Positions 60,080 to 64,000 of a stretch of 64,000 bases of DNA are shown in pieces. The first letter of the stretch is position 1. Every line of letters starts with the position of its first letter. Made by a program: the position numbers and the translations under genes. Source of the stretch: Desulfobacteraceae bacterium UBA2156 (lineage in GTDB: Bacteria; Desulfobacterota; Desulfobacteria; Desulfobacterales; UBA2156); NCBI GenBank assembly GCA_002328165.1, contig DCWS01000032.1, forward strand, positions 1,673-65,672. The letters are read 5' to 3'. The notes under the pieces are model-generated. The model was not told the origin of the DNA. It searched no databases and worked only from the letters and a program-made list of their open reading frames with translations.

Positions 60080-62029
60080 TTGAATTCGTATTTGGAAACC
60101 GTTGATAACAACTGGTTTAAGCAACGTTTGGCCAAAGTCATGCTCTGCATATTGTCGGCATTTGTTGTCGTGACTATTCGACTGGTTGGCCTCCAAATCA
60201 TCGACGGTGCGGAATTCCGAAAGCTTTCAGAAAACAACAGCATTCGATTACAAATGATAGCGCCTTCAAGAGGGTCAATTTCGGATCGCAAAGGGAAATT
60301 GCTGGTCGATAATCGTCCGTCCTTTGATTTGAGCATCATATTGAAACACGCTGGACCAGTTGAACACGTCGTTAAACAGTTGTCCCAATATTTAAGCCTG
60401 CCTGAAACTGATTTACTATCGAAAATTAAATCCCATAAAGGAATTTCACCCTTTAAACCCGTCCCCCTAAAGGAAGACATCGGGCGCGATTTATTGGGTT
60501 TCATTGAAGTCCATAAATTCGATCTACAGGGTATCGTGGTCAATGTTAAAGCGCGAAGGCAATACATGTACAAATATGGAGCTGCACATCTGATCGGGTA
60601 TCTGGGTGAAATAAATTTAGATGAGCTCAAAAGCCAAAAATATCAGGACATCAGGAGTAGGGATCTCGTCGGAAAGTTTGGGGTAGAGAAAAAGTATGAT
60701 CATCACTTGAGAGGAAAGCGCGGCGGGCGACAGGTTGAGGTCGATGTCAATGGACAAGTGGTTAGAATATTAAAACAGATCGATGCTGAGCCGGGACACA
60801 ATATTTACCTCACCATTGACCATGAGCTTCAAAAAAAAACGGAAAGCTTACTTGCAAATGTAGTTGGATCTGTCGTTGCAATGGATCCGCGAACAGGAAA
60901 AATTCTGGCCTTGGCAAGCAGTCCATCCTTTGATCAAAATGCTTTCGGCAACGGATTGTCTCAAGAAATCTGGCATTCCCTCGTATCCAACCCATTTCGG
61001 CCGATGGAGAATAAAGCAATCCAGGGCCAATACCCCCCCGCATCGATCTATAAAATCGTAACCGCTATTGCGGGTATAGAGGAAGGGATTATCGACACAA
61101 AAGCCAAACTTTACTGTCCCGGATTTTATAAGTTTGGAGATCGCGTTTTCTGGGACTGGAAAGAGACGGGGCATGGCTGGGTCAATGTAGAAACCGCACT
61201 AACCGAATCATGCGATGTCTTTTTTTATCAGGTGGGTGAAAAACTCGGTGTTGATCGCCTCGCAAAATATGCGAAAGCGTTCGGCCTCGGATCCCTGTCA
61301 GGACTTAATCTTGATCGAGAAGCAAAGGGGTTGGTTCCGACAGCTGCATGGAAAAAACGCCGTACAGGAATAAAATGGCAACGGGGTGAAACCCTTTCGG
61401 TAGCCATCGGTCAAGGATATAACCTGGTGACTCCGTTGCAGATGGGGGTTTTGATTTCAATGGTGGCGAATGGGGGTACAAGGTACCAGCCATCAATATT
61501 AAAAGCAATCGAATCTGTAGATGGAAAGATCATTGCGCAACATGAACCAAAAATCCTGGGGAGGTTGTCGATTAGAAAGCATACCCTTTCGATTATCAGA
61601 AAAGCACTTTGGAAGGTGGTTAACACCAAACAAGGGACCGCATGGATTGCCCGTTTAAAGGACATCGACATCAGTGGGAAAACAGGAACCGCCCAGGTGT
61701 TTAGCAGGAAAAAAACCGCAAAAAAACGTAAAGAAAAGGATATACCGACCCGTTTAAAGTCCCATGCCTGGTTTGTTGCCTACGCGCCGTCCGACCAACC
61801 CAAAATAGCGATTGCCGTCCTTGTGGAGCACGGCGAACACGGTTCAAGTACCGCTTCGCCGATCGCACGGGAGATGATAAAGACATATTTATTAAAAAAA
61901 GAATCGGGTGAGCCATCGAAGGCTCAGCTTTCAAAGAACGAAAAAGTAACCTTGACACGTGACCGAACAGGAGCAGAAGAAATATGTTCGACCGACGGTT
62001 GGTACAATATTTTGATTGGGGGTTGTTAG
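60080..62029 (+). CDS. mrdA: Penicillin-binding protein 2
   Basis: RG.I.DR.G, YPPASIYK (SxxK), SCDV.FY, AIGQG, GKTGTAQ; start uncertain (60044 or 60080). Confidence 0.95.
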   Translation: MNSYLETVDNNWFKQRLAKVMLCILSAFVVVTIRLVGLQIIDGAEFRKLSENNSIRLQMIAPSRGSISDRKGKLLVDNRPSFDLSIILKHAGPVEHVVKQLSQYLSLPETDLLSKIKSHKGISPFKPVPLKEDIGRDLLGFIEVHKFDLQGIVVNVKARRQYMYKYGAAHLIGYLGEINLDELKSQKYQDIRSRDLVGKFGVEKKYDHHLRGKRGGRQVEVDVNGQVVRILKQIDAEPGHNIYLTIDHELQKKTESLLANVVGSVVAMDPRTGKILALASSPSFDQNAFGNGLSQEIWHSLVSNPFRPMENKAIQGQYPPASIYKIVTAIAGIEEGIIDTKAKLYCPGFYKFGDRVFWDWKETGHGWVNVETALTESCDVFFYQVGEKLGVDRLAKYAKAFGLGSLSGLNLDREAKGLVPTAAWKKRRTGIKWQRGETLSVAIGQGYNLVTPLQMGVLISMVANGGTRYQPSILKAIESVDGKIIAQHEPKILGRLSIRKHTLSIIRKALWKVVNTKQGTAWIARLKDIDISGKTGTAQVFSRKKTAKKRKEKDIPTRLKSHAWFVAYAPSDQPKIAIAVLVEHGEHGSSTASPIAREMIKTYLLKKESGEPSKAQLSKNEKVTLTRDRTGAEEICSTDGWYNILIGGC

Positions 62030-63087
62030 GAACAGTTTTTTTACTCGGCTCTTTGGGTCTTGTTGTTCTGTACAGTGCGGTGAGGGCAGGATCTTTTTCT
62101 CCCCACGAAATTTTGTTCTCAAAGCAACTGATCTGGTTTGGTGCCGGTCTGATGGTGATGGTTGCCTCATTCCTGTTCAACTACAAAAGGCTGGACCAAT
62201 GGACCTATCTCATTTACGGGGTATGCATCGTTCTCCTAATCTGCGTTTTGTTTTTTGGAAAACAGTTTGGGGGTTCCCGGCGGTGGCTGACCATCGGTTG
62301 GATATCTATTCAACCATCGGAGCTTGTCAAAATTGCGGTCATTATTTGTCTGGCGAGGTACTATTCGGGGTTGATCAACTCAAAAGGACTCACACTCCGC
62401 CAACTTTTTATCCCCCTCATATTGACGGCCATTCCGTTTGTATTGATTCTAAAACAGCCCGATCTGGGAACAGCAATGTTGATCGTTCTGATTGTCGGCT
62501 CAATGACCATTTTTGCAAAAATTGAGCGGCGTTCATTCATCTATATCCTAATTTCCGGCGCTGTTTTTACCCCCCTGGTATGGTTTTTATTAAAAGGATA
62601 TCAGAAACAAAGACTACTGACCTTTTTTAACCCGGACCAGGACCCACTCGGGACCGGTTATCACATTATTCAATCCAAAATCGCTATCGGGTCGGGTATG
62701 ATTTTCGGCAAGGGATTTTTGAAAGGGACACAGAACGCCCTCTCTTTTTTACCTGAACAGCACACCGATTTTATTTTTTCAGTTCTGGCGGAAGAGTGGG
62801 GTTTTGTCGGGTCGGTCATTATTTTTCTTGTTTTTTTGATGTTGATTGTATGTAGTTTAAATATTGCCTACGGATGCAGGGATCCCTTTGGTACAATGAT
62901 ATCCGTCGGCATCACCATCATGATTTCTTGGCAGGTATTTATCAACATTGGTATGGTGATGGGATTAATACCGATTGTCGGCGTTACATTGCCGTTTATC
63001 AGTTACGGGGGCTCTTCCATTATCACCATGATGGCCAGTATCGGTATTTTGATGAACATTGCCATGAGGCGCTTCATGTTTGAGTAG
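61984..63087 (+). CDS. rodA: SEDS peptidoglycan polymerase RodA
   Basis: IQPSE.VK, QPDLGT, IAIGSG, FLPEQHTDFIF, LPFISYGGSS. Confidence 0.96.
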   Translation: MFDRRLVQYFDWGLLGTVFLLGSLGLVVLYSAVRAGSFSPHEILFSKQLIWFGAGLMVMVASFLFNYKRLDQWTYLIYGVCIVLLICVLFFGKQFGGSRRWLTIGWISIQPSELVKIAVIICLARYYSGLINSKGLTLRQLFIPLILTAIPFVLILKQPDLGTAMLIVLIVGSMTIFAKIERRSFIYILISGAVFTPLVWFLLKGYQKQRLLTFFNPDQDPLGTGYHIIQSKIAIGSGMIFGKGFLKGTQNALSFLPEQHTDFIFSVLAEEWGFVGSVIIFLVFLMLIVCSLNIAYGCRDPFGTMISVGITIMISWQVFINIGMVMGLIPIVGVTLPFISYGGSSIITMMASIGILMNIAMRRFMFE

Positions 63088-63300
63088 AACCCGGAACCGT
63101 GCGTCCGATACTTGAATTGCCACAGGGAACGCCTAGGGTGATAAAACAATAGGGCGAAAAGAAAAGAGATACGAAAAGACTTTGACAATCGATATTGGTC
63201 AATGGTATAGACCGCTCGACTAGCGATTCGAGCCAAATCCGCAACAAATTAATCCTCATAAATCTATCTTTTTTGCTCATTCATAAATGGAGGCTTTCTG

Positions 63301-63729
63301 ATGGTTGACGTCGATGGATCTGTCGTTATTCAGATCATCAATTTTATTTTTCTGATTTGGATATTAAACTTGGTGTTGTATAAACCGATCCGAAAAATCA
63401 TTCTTCAAAGAAAAGAAAAAGTAACTGAGTTCGGGCTAGATATCGAAGCGCTGAAGATAGATGCCGGTAAAAAAGATGACATATTTACCGCCGGCATCGA
63501 TGAGGCTCGAGCAAAAGGGTTGAGAGAGAAAGAAGCAATACTTTTAAACGGTGCTGAAGAAGAAAAAAAGATAATCGAAGATATAAATGCACAGATCCGG
63601 ACGAATCTTTCAGATGTTCGAGAAAAAATTGAAAAAGACGTTGAAGATGTAAGGCAATCCCTTGAAAAAGAAGTCGATGGTTTTGCCGATATAATTGGTC
63701 AAAAGATTCTGGGGAGGGCTGTTACATGA
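63301..63729 (+). CDS. ATP synthase F0 subunit b'
   Basis: IQIINF.FL..ILN..LYKPI, coiled coil, KILGR. Confidence 0.88.
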   Translation: MVDVDGSVVIQIINFIFLIWILNLVLYKPIRKIILQRKEKVTEFGLDIEALKIDAGKKDDIFTAGIDEARAKGLREKEAILLNGAEEEKKIIEDINAQIRTNLSDVREKIEKDVEDVRQSLEKEVDGFADIIGQKILGRAVT

Positions 63730-64000
63730 GGTTTTCTTGTTTTCGTCAAATATCCCGTCTGGTTTCCGCCAGGGCTTTTCTGGTAATTTTCGTGACAATG
63801 TTCTTGCTCTTTTCACTTGGAGTGGCATCGGGGGCATCAGGGGACGGACATGGAAAAGAGAATGAACAAAAGCGGTGGATAGCGACCGATACCTATCGGG
63901 TGATGAATTTTGTCGTTTTAGCGGCGGCGCTTTTTTTTCTTTTGCGAAAGCCGACCTCTCAAGCTTTGACCGGACGGATTAAGGGAATCAAGAACCAGCT
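63726..64000 (+). CDS. atpF: ATP synthase F0 subunit b (partial, runs off the window)
   Basis: Leader followed by W.ATDTYRVMNFVVLAAALFFLLRKP. Confidence 0.85.
   Translation, partial: MRFSCFRQISRLVSARAFLVIFVTMFLLFSLGVASGASGDGHGKENEQKRWIATDTYRVMNFVVLAAALFFLLRKPTSQALTGRIKGIKNQ

Overview
Bacterial window, most likely from a sulfate-reducer-like deltaproteobacterium (Desulfobacterales-type gene content; inferred, not checked). The left end holds a complete pyrrolysine system: an amber-suppressor tRNA-Pyl (717-790) with an unusual A73 discriminator and 7-nt D-loop, lying 15 nt after a decayed tyrosine integrase, and the operon pylSc-pylB-pylC-pylD-pylSn. Convergent with that operon are a corrinoid protein and an MttB-family methyltransferase that has Ala where Pyl normally sits. 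Two selenoproteins missed by the ORF track (SelD and a DsbA/FrnE-like UxxC protein, each with a SECIS-like hairpin) indicate a 22-amino-acid code. The middle is accessory and rich in pseudogenes: a NuoE/NuoF plus RnfB-GltD-fusion redox module with a partly deleted DRTGG/PHP/HATPase/ferredoxin cluster, an acyl-CoA ligase/lyase trio, a second-copy-like typA, two csp genes and an acyl-CoA degradation operon. After tRNA-Pro(GGG) at about 55.1 kb, core genes resume (mreBCD-mrdA-rodA, start of the atp operon). All calls come from reading motifs by eye; no searches were run.
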